The notes: a model not told the origin generated them from the letters alone. A DNA stretch of 64,000 bases from an uncultured Chthonomonadaceae bacterium (GCA_963835065.1 CAWIEK010000001.1:161344-225343), one strand, 5' to 3'; numbered from the stretch's first letter, positions 1 to 10,100 are shown. Program-made: numbers and translations.

Positions 1-209
1 TCTACATTGTCAATTATGAACAACAGTTTTGCGGCCCTCTCGCCGCCCATGTCGTGATACAGAGCCAGCATATCCAGAAAGAGGCGTTTTTCCTCCTGAT
101 GGCTGAAGGCTGCTTCGATCATGCGGCGCACAATGTCACCAGGCGAAACCTCCAGTCCGCCGGCAACCTGTTCTACCTGATACTCTTCTGCCTGACCTAA
201 AAAGCTCAT
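1..209 (-). CDS. Hypothetical protein, runs off the left window edge (MSFLGQAEEYQVEQVAGG...)
   Basis: Manual translation: ATG at 209 with a GGGAGGAG RBS upstream; frame is open to position 1. Not in the ORF track because it has no stop. Confidence 0.6.
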   Translation of the reverse strand, partial: MSFLGQAEEYQVEQVAGGLEVSPGDIVRRMIEAAFSHQEEKRLFLDMLALYHDMGGERAAKLLFIIDNV

Positions 210-280
210 GTTAGCGTTACTCCTCCCAAGTGGATGGGCGTATCTGGCTGCCCGACACCACCAGTGCCATGTTTCCAACA

Positions 281-349
281 TCAGCGGACTCCTGCACCGA
301 GGATTACAAAACGTTGCTGCATATTGGTGTCTATCAGGCGATTTGTCAT
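281..349 (-). pseudogene. Truncated PIN/VapC-like toxin start (MTNRLIDTNMQQ..., 22 aa)
   Basis: ATGA overlap with the upstream ORF stop; LIDTN resembles the first PIN motif; early TGA stop. Confidence 0.35.
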
Positions 350-669
350 TCGTCATCACAATACAGGTTTTCACGTCGCAGCATGTCAGGCGTCAAGCCC
401 GATGACCTATCGGCGTGGCTGTGTGTCCACTCCTGATAGGTTTGCTGCCAGTTGGGGTTTGTGACTGCTCTACCCGGCGGCAGAGGCTTCGGCGCGAGTC
501 GGGGTTTGCTGTCTTCTGCCGGGGTGTCCAATATGGCTTTGAACTTCTGCAAGGGAAGCGTTGAGGGCGTCTGCGCAATCGGAAATGCGATGTGCTGTAC
601 GGCGCTCTGCACAAGGCGGCGTTCGTGCCGCTTGTAAGTCAGTTTTCTCCCGATATCATAAACCGTCAA
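346..669 (-). CDS. Hypothetical, antitoxin-like C-terminus (EWTHSH...LTPDMLRRENLY); start uncertain
   Basis: Part of track ORF 346..858, whose 5' end overlaps the tRNA. The C-terminus resembles small proteins found upstream of PIN toxins. Confidence 0.35.
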   Translation of the reverse strand: MTVYDIGRKLTYKRHERRLVQSAVQHIAFPIAQTPSTLPLQKFKAILDTPAEDSKPRLAPKPLPPGRAVTNPNWQQTYQEWTHSHADRSSGLTPDMLRRENLYCDDE

Positions 670-816
670 TTTGCGTTTGGCTGTTAATTGCCTCGTGCCG
701 GTATCCGCTGTTTTTCCCCCGGGAGTGACATGGCTTTTAATCCTCGCTATTTCATGGGTAAAATACAAGAAGTTCCTCACTCGAATGAGTGAGGAACTTC
801 TTGATTGAAAATGGAA

Positions 817-888
817 TTGGCGGTATTGGATTTGAACCAATGACCTCTTCCGTGTCAAGGAAGCGCTCTACCCCTGAGCCAACCGCCA
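817..888 (-). tRNA. tRNA-Val(GAC)
   Basis: Cloverleaf on the reverse strand: acceptor TGGCGGT/ACCGCCA, D stem GCTC/GAGC, anticodon arm CTTCC-TTGACAC-GGAAG, T arm ATTGG-TTCAAAT-CCAAT. CCA is not encoded. Confidence 0.95.
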
Positions 889-914
889 TTGTTGTGTTTG
901 AACTTCTAAATACA

Positions 915-943
915 ATTATACTCCAAAATTCAGCGCGGGTCAA
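915..943 (-). promoter_or_regulatory. Sigma70-type promoter of tRNA-Val
   Basis: TTGACC-17 nt-TATAAT on the minus strand just upstream of the tRNA. Confidence 0.75.
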
Positions 944-1097
944 GAGCAAATACAGGGAGTGGGCCGCACCAACACGGCACGGATAGCGAGCCTGCCTGCG
1001 CAGCCGAATGTGATCCTCCTGCTCAATACTCATTACCGAATACCTAACACCGAATACCTAACACTCAACACCCAACACCCTTCCATGGAGCGCATCT

Positions 1098-2210
1098 ATG
1101 TCTTCCTCCGTCAACATTGGACTGATCGGTTCCGGCTTTGTCGCCGATATTCACGCGCATGCCATTCGGCAGTTTGTGCCGAACGCGAAGGTGCTTGCCG
1201 TTGCCTCCCCGACTCCGGGGAAAGCGGCGGCCTTTGCCGCGTCACGGGCTATTCCTCACGCCTTTGAAGATTACCGCGACCTGCTGGCGCTGCCGGACGT
1301 TGATCTGGTGACATTGGCGCTGCCCAACGACCTGCATTGCCGGGTGGCGCTGGATGCGGCACGGGCGGGCAAGCACATCCTTTGTGAAAAACCCCTGTGC
1401 CGCACATTAGACGAGGCCGATCAGATGATTGCGGCGTGCCGACAGGCGGGCGTCCTGCTGCTGTATGCGGAAGAACTGCTGTTTGCGCCCAAATACGTCC
1501 GGGCGCGGCAACTGGTTGAGGAGGGCGCATTGGGCCGGGCGTTTCTGGTGAAGCAGTGGGAGGAACACTTTGGGCCGCATGAAGCGTGGTTTTGGGATGT
1601 GCAGCGTTCGGGCGGGGGCGTCCTGCTGGACATGGGCTGTCACAGCATCGAGTACGCGCGCTGGGTGTTCGGCAAGCCGCCCATTCGGAGCGTCTCGGCC
1701 ACGCTGGGAACCTACGTTCATGCCGACAAAACGCAGGGCGAAGACCATTCTCTCGTGACGGTGGAGTATGAGGGCAATCGCGTCGGGCTGGCGGAAAACT
1801 CGTGGGCCAAACCCGGCGGCGTGGATGACCGGTGCGAAATCTACGGCTCCAAAGGCCATACCCGCGCCGACCTGCTGCGCGGCAACGCCCTTGTCACGTA
1901 CAGCGACGTGGGCTATGGCTACGCGACGGAAAAGATGGACGTAACCACCGGCTGGACGTTCACCATGTTTGAGGAAGCGTGGAACTACGGCTTTCCACAG
2001 GAGATACAGCACTTCGTCAACTGCGTTTCGGGCGTGGAAGAACCGAAAGAAACGGGCATGGACGGACGCGAAGTGCTGAAAATCATTTACGCCGCCTATC
2101 AATCTATGGGCGAAGGACGCAGAATCACCTGGCCGTATGAAGTGCCGGAATGGGCGCGGAGTGAGTCGCCCATCGTCTTGTGGAAACCCGAACTCCGGCA
2201 GAACAAATAG
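1098..2210 (+). CDS. Gfo/Idh/MocA family oxidoreductase
   Basis: GLIGSGFVA Rossmann motif, HILCEKP, GGGVLLDMGCH. Confidence 0.9.
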   Translation: MSSSVNIGLIGSGFVADIHAHAIRQFVPNAKVLAVASPTPGKAAAFAASRAIPHAFEDYRDLLALPDVDLVTLALPNDLHCRVALDAARAGKHILCEKPLCRTLDEADQMIAACRQAGVLLLYAEELLFAPKYVRARQLVEEGALGRAFLVKQWEEHFGPHEAWFWDVQRSGGGVLLDMGCHSIEYARWVFGKPPIRSVSATLGTYVHADKTQGEDHSLVTVEYEGNRVGLAENSWAKPGGVDDRCEIYGSKGHTRADLLRGNALVTYSDVGYGYATEKMDVTTGWTFTMFEEAWNYGFPQEIQHFVNCVSGVEEPKETGMDGREVLKIIYAAYQSMGEGRRITWPYEVPEWARSESPIVLWKPELRQNK

Positions 2211-2224
2211 CCCCTCGCTGGCTT

Positions 2225-2305
2225 ATAGACAAACCAGATAAAAGTGAGACAATCCGCGGCTCAGGTCAATCTCGACTTTGTCTGGTGTTTAACTGGTTTG
2301 TCTAT
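2225..2305. repeat. Small element with 13-bp terminal inverted repeats (ATAGACAAACCAG)
   Basis: 2225-2237 and 2293-2305 are exact reverse complements; an imperfect internal hairpin is also present. Confidence 0.55.
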
Positions 2306-2319
2306 TCGTTCAGATACAA

Positions 2320-2353
2320 GTGACGGCTCACCAGGCGTAAACGTGGGGGCTTC
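2320..2353 (-). mobile_element. IS200/IS605-type right-end fragment, copy 1
   Basis: Reverse strand reads GAAGCCCCCACGTTTACGCCTGGTGAGCCGTCAC (subterminal hairpin then TCAC); near-identical to 3409-3442. Confidence 0.55.
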
Positions 2354-2511
2354 TCTCCGGTCCATGCCGGAATGGTGTGCCGTCCCACAGCATGGAACTG
2401 TAAGCGCGGATTTTTACTTGGCATGGGTTCCGCTTTGCCGCCTCGCAGGAGAGTAGGACACAGGAACCACAAGCGCTGCTGCCAAACACGGACTATAGAC
2501 AATCCCAACAG

Positions 2512-2561
2512 GCCGGGTATTGAAAATACCCGGCAGGAAAGTGCAAGCGTCCAACAGACGC
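2512..2561. repeat. REP-like palindrome, family A (GCCGGGTATTGAAAATACCCGGCAGGAAAGTGCAAGCGTC)
   Basis: Reverse-complement copies at about 35498-35539 and 41521-41561. Confidence 0.75.
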
Positions 2562-2591
2562 AAATGCCGCGCCTGTTGGGAGAAGCTCTAA

Positions 2592-2669
2592 GGGTCCGTA
2601 AATGTATAACTTCCCGTTTGCATAGGTCGGTGTTCCCACTTGTTCGGGAAGTTAAAGATTTACGGACCC
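2592..2669. mobile_element. 78-bp MITE (TIR GGGTCCGTAAA), copy A, TAA target duplication
   Basis: Terminal inverted repeats, TAA on both flanks, second copy at 3485-3562. Confidence 0.8.
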
Positions 2670-2733
2670 TAAGTCAAACCGGTGAATGAACGGCAGCGCG
2701 GCGTGGGGCTATTAATCCAATGCGAAGGGGAGA

Positions 2734-3393
2734 ATGTTTATGTCAGAGGACACGATTGCGCATCCAAAAATCGTTTCGGTCGAAGAATGGGCGGCGGCGC
2801 GTGAGGCGCTGCTTGAGGGGGAGAAAGCGCTGACCCGCCAACGGGACGCCCTCAACGCGCAGCGCCGCCGATTGCCGATGGTCAAGCTCGAAAAGGAGTA
2901 CGTTTTCGACGGGCCGGAAGGCAAGGTCAGCCTGAACAAGCTGTTTGCCGACCGCCGCCAACTGATCGTCTACCACTTCATGTTCGATCCGGCGTGGGAA
3001 GAGGGCTGTCCGGGCTGCACAGGCTTCGTCAACGCGCTAGGCGACCTGTCGCTGCTGAACGAGCGCGACACCACGTTCGCGCTTGTCTCGCGGGCGCCGC
3101 GCAACAAATTGGAGGCGTACCAGAAGCTGCAGGGCTGGCGCATCCCCTGGTATTCTTCTTTTGGAAGCGATTTCAACGTCGATTTCCACGTCACCGACGA
3201 CAAGGGCGAAGGACCGGGACTGAGCGTTTTCTTCCGAATAGGAGAGGACGTATTCCATACCTACTCCACCTATAATCGTGGCGTGGAAGCGCTTACCGAC
3301 GCCTACCCTCTCCTCGATGTAACCCCCTACGGGCGTCAAGAGGATTTCGAGGACTCGCCACCCGGCTGGCCGCAGAAGCCTACCTATAGCTAG
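2734..3393 (+). CDS. DUF899 family thioredoxin-fold protein
   Basis: [46 protein letters not shown] motifs. Confidence 0.9.
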   Translation: MFMSEDTIAHPKIVSVEEWAAAREALLEGEKALTRQRDALNAQRRRLPMVKLEKEYVFDGPEGKVSLNKLFADRRQLIVYHFMFDPAWEEGCPGCTGFVNALGDLSLLNERDTTFALVSRAPRNKLEAYQKLQGWRIPWYSSFGSDFNVDFHVTDDKGEGPGLSVFFRIGEDVFHTYSTYNRGVEALTDAYPLLDVTPYGRQEDFEDSPPGWPQKPTYS

Positions 3394-3408
3394 GACACTG
3401 CGGCCTCA

Positions 3409-3442
3409 GTGACGGCTCCCCAGGCGTGAACGCGGGGGCTTC
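3409..3442 (-). mobile_element. IS200/IS605-type right-end fragment, copy 2
   Basis: Reverse strand reads GAAGCCCCCGCGTTCACGCCTGGGGAGCCGTCAC. Confidence 0.55.
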
Positions 3443-3484
3443 ATGCTCTTACGGAGTTGAACCTGCGCCTGCCGCAACGGCTTA

Positions 3485-3562
3485 GGGTTCGTAAAAGTAT
3501 AACTTCCCGAACAGGCGGGAACGCTGACCTTTGCAAACGGGAACTTATACTTTTACGGACCC
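3485..3562. mobile_element. 78-bp MITE, copy B (inverted relative to A), TTA target duplication
   Basis: Same length and TIRs as copy A; internal sequence is the reverse complement of A with a few substitutions. Confidence 0.8.
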
Positions 3563-3648
3563 TTAGGGTTGGCAACAGGAGGCGTGTCATCCGAGAACGT
3601 GGCGAAGTTCTCCAAGCCTACGTCTACACCCGCTTCCTTGCAGGAGGA

Positions 3649-4329
3649 TTAGCGATTTGAACTCTGATAAAGAAGAAACAACTCATCTGTTGCTGATTCA
3701 ACGGAATGGATGCCCTTTTCTGCATCAGCCAACATGCCGTTGGCTTGCTTAATCAGCTTCAGATAGGCGGGATTGCCTGTGCTGCCGAACTCTTCCCACG
3801 CCTTGCATAGTTCCGAACGCAGCGTCAACACGTCCGCATAGGCAGTGTCCACCGCGCGCATTCCTTTGCGAATGGCGTCTGGAAGAGAGGCCGATACTGC
3901 CAATCGGCGAAAGCCTTGCGCATCCATGCGCAAAGCAATTCCGGCTGTATGGAAAACATGCTTATTGACGTTAATCGAGGCTCGCAGTCTCGCTACGCTC
4001 GTCTGGCGACGCGCCACCAGCAATGCCGCCCTTGCTTTTCCGTCATGTGCCGCCGCCACAGCAGCGAGCGCTTTACGCGCCCGCGCCCAGTTTTCGTAAG
4101 CCGCTACCGAAGGCGGCGCGGCTGTCGTCCCCTCGGTTGATGGCTTCATTTTCGTCGTGGCCTGAGACGAGGGCGCGGGGGAGGACGCTATGGGCGTTGC
4201 CGCCACCACCGGGGTATCCGGCGATTGTTGTTGGCCGCTCTGCTCGGCGGACCGGCATCCGGCAAACCAAAATTGAAGAGTGAACGCGATTGGCAGAATG
4301 AACACTCGTTTAGAATAGCGGTGTGACAT
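3649..4329 (-). CDS. Hypothetical lipoprotein, helical C-terminal domain
   Basis: Signal peptide with FAGC lipobox followed by a P/S/T/A-rich linker. Confidence 0.65.
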   Translation of the reverse strand: MSHRYSKRVFILPIAFTLQFWFAGCRSAEQSGQQQSPDTPVVAATPIASSPAPSSQATTKMKPSTEGTTAAPPSVAAYENWARARKALAAVAAAHDGKARAALLVARRQTSVARLRASINVNKHVFHTAGIALRMDAQGFRRLAVSASLPDAIRKGMRAVDTAYADVLTLRSELCKAWEEFGSTGNPAYLKLIKQANGMLADAEKGIHSVESATDELFLLYQSSNR

Positions 4330-4357
4330 GTGTTATCTCCTGTTATCTGCTTTGCGA

Positions 4358-4879
4358 TCAAGATTTCCCGTCCGGCACATCTGCCGCTGCCGGCCTTTGC
4401 GTGGCCTGATAGTCGAGAAGGACATAGCGAGAAAAGACGGCCAGAAGGAGCATCAGGGCGGCTCCGCACATCGCAGAGGCGTAAGTTTCGATGACAGCCT
4501 GTTGGCGGTCAGTGGCGCTGCCGTCTAAGATGACGTAGCCGATAATCATCGCAAGCAGGCACACAACGGCTAAAACGCTTCGCCGGTTCGTGCGAGACCG
4601 GGATTCCTTCTGAATATTTATGAAAGAAACCGCAGTGAAAAACTCAAGCAAAATCCCCAAGCTCAGACATCCTGTGCCGATGTCGTAGGTTCCCTGTCGC
4701 TCACGCGCATCATGCACTTCCATGAGTTTCCTCTGAAACTCCAGATCAGCGGAGTAACCGCTATTTTCATGATACACAGCGCCCGGCCTGGTGCCGCTGC
4801 CAATGATGAATAGGAATGCCGCGATTGAAAAGACCAGGCACAGGCTGCCGATCATTCCATAAACAAACGCCGGTCTCAT
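4358..4879 (-). CDS. Hypothetical membrane protein (about 4 TM)
   Basis: AGGAGGT RBS before ATG 4879; four hydrophobic stretches. Confidence 0.65.
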   Translation of the reverse strand: MRPAFVYGMIGSLCLVFSIAAFLFIIGSGTRPGAVYHENSGYSADLEFQRKLMEVHDARERQGTYDIGTGCLSLGILLEFFTAVSFINIQKESRSRTNRRSVLAVVCLLAMIIGYVILDGSATDRQQAVIETYASAMCGAALMLLLAVFSRYVLLDYQATQRPAAADVPDGKS

Positions 4880-5050
4880 GCTGGTTACCTCCTGATGTTC
4901 CTGGCAGGCTGCGCTGTCAAATCCGCAACTTACCTGCAAGCGGGAATGCAAGGCGAGAAGAGCAAAGGCGGGGTTCGTCAACAAACGTTTGCATTGTCCG
5001 CTCTCCGCTCAATAAATTATCATAAAGCATGTTGCCCCTAAAATAGAAAG

Positions 5051-5248
5051 ATTCACGGTAAATTCACCGGGCGAGCATAGGTGTGCCATGCAGAATACAG
5101 CAGGGCAGCGCTATGTGAATTTTCTGTGAATTTACGTACACGCGAGCGCCGGTGGATTAGAATCTCTATAGCATCCGTCTATGCAGGGGATCGGCGGTTC
5201 GCCGTTGAATGTACAGCGCGTGGCAGCGAATGTGCAGCGCGTGGCAGC
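5051..5248. promoter_or_regulatory. Helically phased direct repeats in a divergent promoter region
   Basis: ATTCAC at 5051 and 5062; GTGAAT at 5115 and 5126; CAGC at 5214, 5224, 5235 and 5245 (a 21-bp tandem duplication). Confidence 0.5.
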
Positions 5249-5269
5249 ATATAGATATTGGAGGGGAAC

Positions 5270-7129
5270 ATGGCGCGTGTTGGCAATGGTGGCCTTGAAC
5301 TTCGGCTTTTCGGCCCGTTTGATGCCCGCCTGAATGGAGAGCCACTTGCCGGACTGGCAGAACATCGCCGCGCCGCGCACGTGCTCGCGTTTCTTGCCTT
5401 GCATGGATCGCGGGTTCTGGATCGAGAATGGGTCGCCGATCAATTATCTGAAGAAGACGCGGGCGGAAATCGAATCGAATTTACGCAGGAGAATTTGCGG
5501 CAGCAGTTGATGGCCGCGCGGCGAATGTTGCAGGAGGCTGCTCCGTCCCTTGTATCCGGTCATGGGGTTCTGTCGCTGGCAATGGAGACTTGCTATGTGG
5601 ATACACATGCGTTCGACAAAATTTGGGACGCGCGCCAAACCGACCCGCGCGGCTTGGAGCGGATTGTCCAGGTCTACCAGGGGCCGCTGCTGCAGGATTG
5701 GAACGAAGCCTGGCTGCGGCCACAACGCGACGCCTACGCCCGAAAATACCTGAAGTGTCTCCAAGCGCTTGCGCGACAGGCGGAAGAAGACGAAAACATG
5801 GAAGCCGCCATTGACTATCTGGCAATGGCGGTGGAAACGGACCCCATCAGCCAGCAGGCGCAGAGCAGGCTACTGAAGGTACTGCTTGCTTCTCATGAGT
5901 ATCTCAAAGCGAAGCAGGTATTTGAGCAGTATCATACGCTTCTTCGGGAACAGGGTATGCCGCTTGCGCCGGAAATGCTCCTCCTCTGCGATCAGATTCC
6001 GAAACACGAAGCGGAGGCTGTTTCTTCCTCCAATGTCGCTTCCAGTGTCGCTTCTTCTAATGCTGTTTCTTTAAATGCCGCTTCTTCAAATGCCGCTTCT
6101 TCCGTCGGGGCCGCTTCCGTTGATGTGGAACCGCCCGGCGGCGCGGTACCGCTCCGCTCCCGCTATTATATCGTTCGCCCGGCAGATACGGAGTGTCATA
6201 CAGCGATTGCCCGCAGGGACAGTTTCGTTTTGCTGCACGGTTCGCGGCAAGTCGGCAAAACCTCGGTACTGGCGCGGGGAGTGGAGCAGGCCCGGCGTAT
6301 GGGCGCGCAGGCGCTGCATACCGACTTTCAAAAGTTCAGCGCCGCCGAAATGGAGTCCCTGGATTCCTTCTTTCTCTCCCTGGCGCGGCGCATAGCCAGA
6401 ACTCTGAACCTGCCCGTCTCCCTTCACGACATATGGGATGACCATCTGGCCCCCGGTATGAACTTCGAGCAGTTCTTCCTGGAAAGCGTACTGGAGCCTA
6501 TCCCCGGCCCCGTCGTCTGGGGGTTGGATGAGGTGGATCGTCTGTTTACCTGCGATTATCGCGGCGATGTCTTCAGCCTGTTCCGCTCCTGGCACAATGA
6601 GCGCGCGTTGGCTCCCGGCACACCCCTGGAACGGCTCACAATTCTCTTCTGCTACGCGGTGGAGGCCAACTGCTTTATTCCCAACCTCAATCAGTCTCCT
6701 TTTAATGTGGGAACCAGCATTGCCCTCAACGATTTCTCGCAGTTTCAGGTAGAAGAGCTTTGCAGCCTGCACGATCTTCCCACAGAGGAGGCCGTCTCTC
6801 TTTTTGCCCTGACCTGCGGACATCCTTACCTGACTCGCAACGCGCTCTACGCGCTCAAGACGCGACAGATGAATTGGAATTCGATAGCGGCGCAGGCTGC
6901 CCGCGAGGAGGGTCCCTTTGGCAGCCATCTGCGGCATCTTCGCAAAACGCTTATGGAAAACGAACCGCTTTATCGCGTCGTACAAGGCGTTTTGAAGGGC
7001 GAAGGCTGCGCGAACTCCGAGGCGTTCTATCATCTGACAGCGGCGGGCATTCTGAAAGGGGAGTCGCCGGAGGCCATCGAATTCCGCTGTCCTCTCTATG
7101 AAACTTATTTGAGAAAGCGCCTGTTATGA
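5270..7129 (+). CDS. SARP-type winged helix + BTAD activator domain fused to an AAA_35-like P-loop NTPase
   Basis: N-terminal LRLFGPF, VDTHAF, YQGPLLQDWNEAW, DPISQQAQ; Walker A GSRQVGKTS, Walker B WGLDEVD, SPFNVG, TCGHPYLT. Confidence 0.85.
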   Translation: MARVGNGGLELRLFGPFDARLNGEPLAGLAEHRRAAHVLAFLALHGSRVLDREWVADQLSEEDAGGNRIEFTQENLRQQLMAARRMLQEAAPSLVSGHGVLSLAMETCYVDTHAFDKIWDARQTDPRGLERIVQVYQGPLLQDWNEAWLRPQRDAYARKYLKCLQALARQAEEDENMEAAIDYLAMAVETDPISQQAQSRLLKVLLASHEYLKAKQVFEQYHTLLREQGMPLAPEMLLLCDQIPKHEAEAVSSSNVASSVASSNAVSLNAASSNAASSVGAASVDVEPPGGAVPLRSRYYIVRPADTECHTAIARRDSFVLLHGSRQVGKTSVLARGVEQARRMGAQALHTDFQKFSAAEMESLDSFFLSLARRIARTLNLPVSLHDIWDDHLAPGMNFEQFFLESVLEPIPGPVVWGLDEVDRLFTCDYRGDVFSLFRSWHNERALAPGTPLERLTILFCYAVEANCFIPNLNQSPFNVGTSIALNDFSQFQVEELCSLHDLPTEEAVSLFALTCGHPYLTRNALYALKTRQMNWNSIAAQAAREEGPFGSHLRHLRKTLMENEPLYRVVQGVLKGEGCANSEAFYHLTAAGILKGESPEAIEFRCPLYETYLRKRLL

Positions 7130-10100
7130 GTTCTTTTCCCTCGGACTTCCGGGCGCAGTTTTATACCTGCGGCGGCACGATGACAGGCGATGACCCATCC
7201 TATGTGGAGCGGGAGGCAGACGCCGAACTCTTCGCGGCGCTGCGGCAGGGGCAGTTCTGCTATGTCTTAACCGCCCGTCAGATGGGCAAATCTTCCCTGA
7301 TGGTGCGCGCGTCCCGGCGGCTGCAAGCAGCGCTCCGCCCGGAAGCAGGCGCTGTCGCGCTGCTCGACCTTTCCGCTATCGGCCAGAATGCCTCTGAGGA
7401 ATCCTGGTACTACACGCTGCTGACACAGATGGGAAAGCGATTGGGATTAAGTGGGGAGATGCGCGAATTGTGGCGCGCGCAGACCGATCTTCCTCCCCTG
7501 CAGCGTTGGATCATGGGAATAGAGGAGATTGTTCTGAAGCGTTTTTCCGGGCCGGTAGTGATCTTTCTGGATGAGATTGATATGGTGCGGGGCCTGACGT
7601 TTAAGACAGACGAGTTTTTCATCGCCATACGCGCGCTTTATAACCGCCGCGCCCTGGAACCGGGTCTGGAGCGGCTTACCTTCTGCCTGCTCGGCGTCGC
7701 CACACCCTCCGACCTGATCCAGGACGCGCAGCTGACCCCCTTCAACATTGGCAAGCGCATCGAGCTGACGGACTTCAGCCTGGAGGAAGCCGCTGTTCTG
7801 AAATGGGGCATGAGTGGCGAGGAACTCCTCAGCGACATGCTGCTTAAGCGCGTCCTGTATTGGACGGGAGGGCATCCCTATCTCACGCAGTGCCTTTGCC
7901 AGGCCATCAGCAAAAATCCCTCCCACCAAACCACAGAGGCAGTGGATGAGTTGTGCGACGGGATGTTCCTTTCCGGCGGCGCGCGGGAAAAAGATATCAA
8001 CCTGCAATTCGTCCGTGACCGGCTTCTGAAGTCGGCGGGAGATATAGCCGCTATTCTGGAACTCTACCGGCAGGTTCTATCCGGGCATCGGGTAGCGGAC
8101 TCGGAAGCGGATCAGCGCATCAGCGTACTCCGGCTTTCCGGCGTTGCGCGCGTCATTGACAGGCATCTCGCCGTCCGTAATCGCATCTATGCGCGCGTTT
8201 TTAACCGGGAGTGGATACTGGCGCACATGCCGGACGCCGAACTGCGGCGGCAGAAAGCCGCCTATCGGAAGGGCATTTTCCGCGCCTTGTTCGTCTCCGG
8301 CGGCATACTCGCCGCCATAGCGCTTTGTGGCATGGTCGCGTTTATACAATGGCGGCATGCCGTCGCAGAAGGGCTGCGCGCGTCCGCAGAGGGTCTTCGC
8401 GCGTCCGCGGAGCATCGTCGCGCAGAAGGCTTACGCTATACCTCGGACATGGCATTGGCGCAAATTTATTACGACCGTCAGCAGTATCGTCGCCTGGCGC
8501 AGGCGTTGACGGATCACTTGCCTTCCCCGGAGGAAAAAGAGGACCTGCGCGGCTGGGAGTGGGGCTACTACTGGCAGCGGATGCACCGTGATCTGCATAC
8601 GTTTCAGCATAAGGGAAAAGGTATCGTCTATTCAATAGCCTTCTCTCCCGACGGCAAAATGTTGGCCTCGTCCAATGGCGACGGCTCGATCCGCTTCTGG
8701 GATACCATGTCAAAGCGCGAGATGCCGCCCGGCCTGGACGAGCATAACGACGAGGCGCTTTCCGAGGTATTCTCCATCGCCTTTTCCCCGAAAGACTCTA
8801 ATCTCCTGGCCTCCTGCAGCGCCGATGGCACGATCAAGTTATGGGATGTCGCCGCTCGGCGCGTAAGGAAAACGTTCTCTTTCGGCGCGGCGGTAAACGC
8901 GCTGGCTTTCTCCCCTGACGGCAAGTATCTGGCGGCAGGCGACGCGAAGGGCGTGTTGTCCCGCCTGGATATGGCTTCGGGCCGCGTCACGCCATGGCAG
9001 GGTGGGAAAGAAGATGCGATCAACGCGGTGGCCTTCTCCCCCGATGGCCGTTGGCTGGTCGCCGGGTATGCCCCCAGTGGCAAGATCAGGCTCCTGGAGG
9101 CGTCTTCCCAACGCGCGATAGACCTCGCCCCCTCCTCTGCGCAGGGTCATATCTATTCGACGGCTATCTCCCCGGACAATCGCGCGCTGGCAATCGGCAG
9201 GAACGATGGCACTACGGAGATATGGGATATTCCCTCAAGGCACAGGGTAAACACGCTTCACGGCCATACCGACACGGTTCATGGCCTGGCATTTTCACCT
9301 GACGGCAAGTGCCTGGCAACCGGCAGTTGGGATAATACGATCCGCCTGTGGAATCTGGCAGAGCGCAAAACAATTCACACCTTCATCGGCCACACCAGTA
9401 GGGTCACGTGCGTCGCATTCTCCCGCGACGGCAGCGTCCTGGCCTCCGGCGCGGGAAACGAGGTCAAGTTCTGGGATACGCGGCGGCTGGAGGACAATCC
9501 ACGCATGTTGAATTGGCCGGTCAACCTGAAAATGGAGGGTTACGCGCAAGAACTGGCGTTTAATGCCAATAGTGTTCCCAATCTATGGATCAGGAAATCT
9601 CATCCCTCTGCGCTGACACTGTTTGACCTTACGGACTGGCGTAAGCGCCAATCTTTAGAAATGCCGGCAAATCCAGGCAGTGCCGCCTTTTCACCGGATC
9701 ACAAAATGCTGGCTATGGGAAGTAACGATGGAACGGTGAGGCTGCAAGACTTACAAACAGGAAAGGTGAAATCTTGTTTCCCGGTTGACGCGCGCGCGAA
9801 AGAGCGCAGGCAGATAGATGTTTGCAGCCTGGCCTTCTCTTCTGACGGTAAACTGTTGGCAGCGGCGAGTGGAGACCCTGCTGTCGTAACGCTGTGGGAA
9901 GTCGCCACGCAGCGGCTAATCGGGCAATTTCAGCACTCGAATGCCGCGCAGAGAATTGCTTTCTCCCCGCAGGGAACCCTGCTGGCGGTTGCCAACTGGC
10001 AGGGCCACGTTTTTGTGTGGAACTACGCGGCACACACGGGGAAAGTAGAAGTAAAGGATGTGGAAGGCTGGGCGGCCCACAGTAAATCCGTAACGGACGT

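Noticed and set aside
281..283. TGA in the PIN-like stub as a selenocysteine codon
   Set aside because: No redox motif context, and read-through gives nothing recognisable.
752..1033. ORFs overlapping the tRNAs (752..1033, 789..986, 35064..35405, 35168..35509)
   Set aside because: They are explained by the tRNA genes and adjacent repeats.
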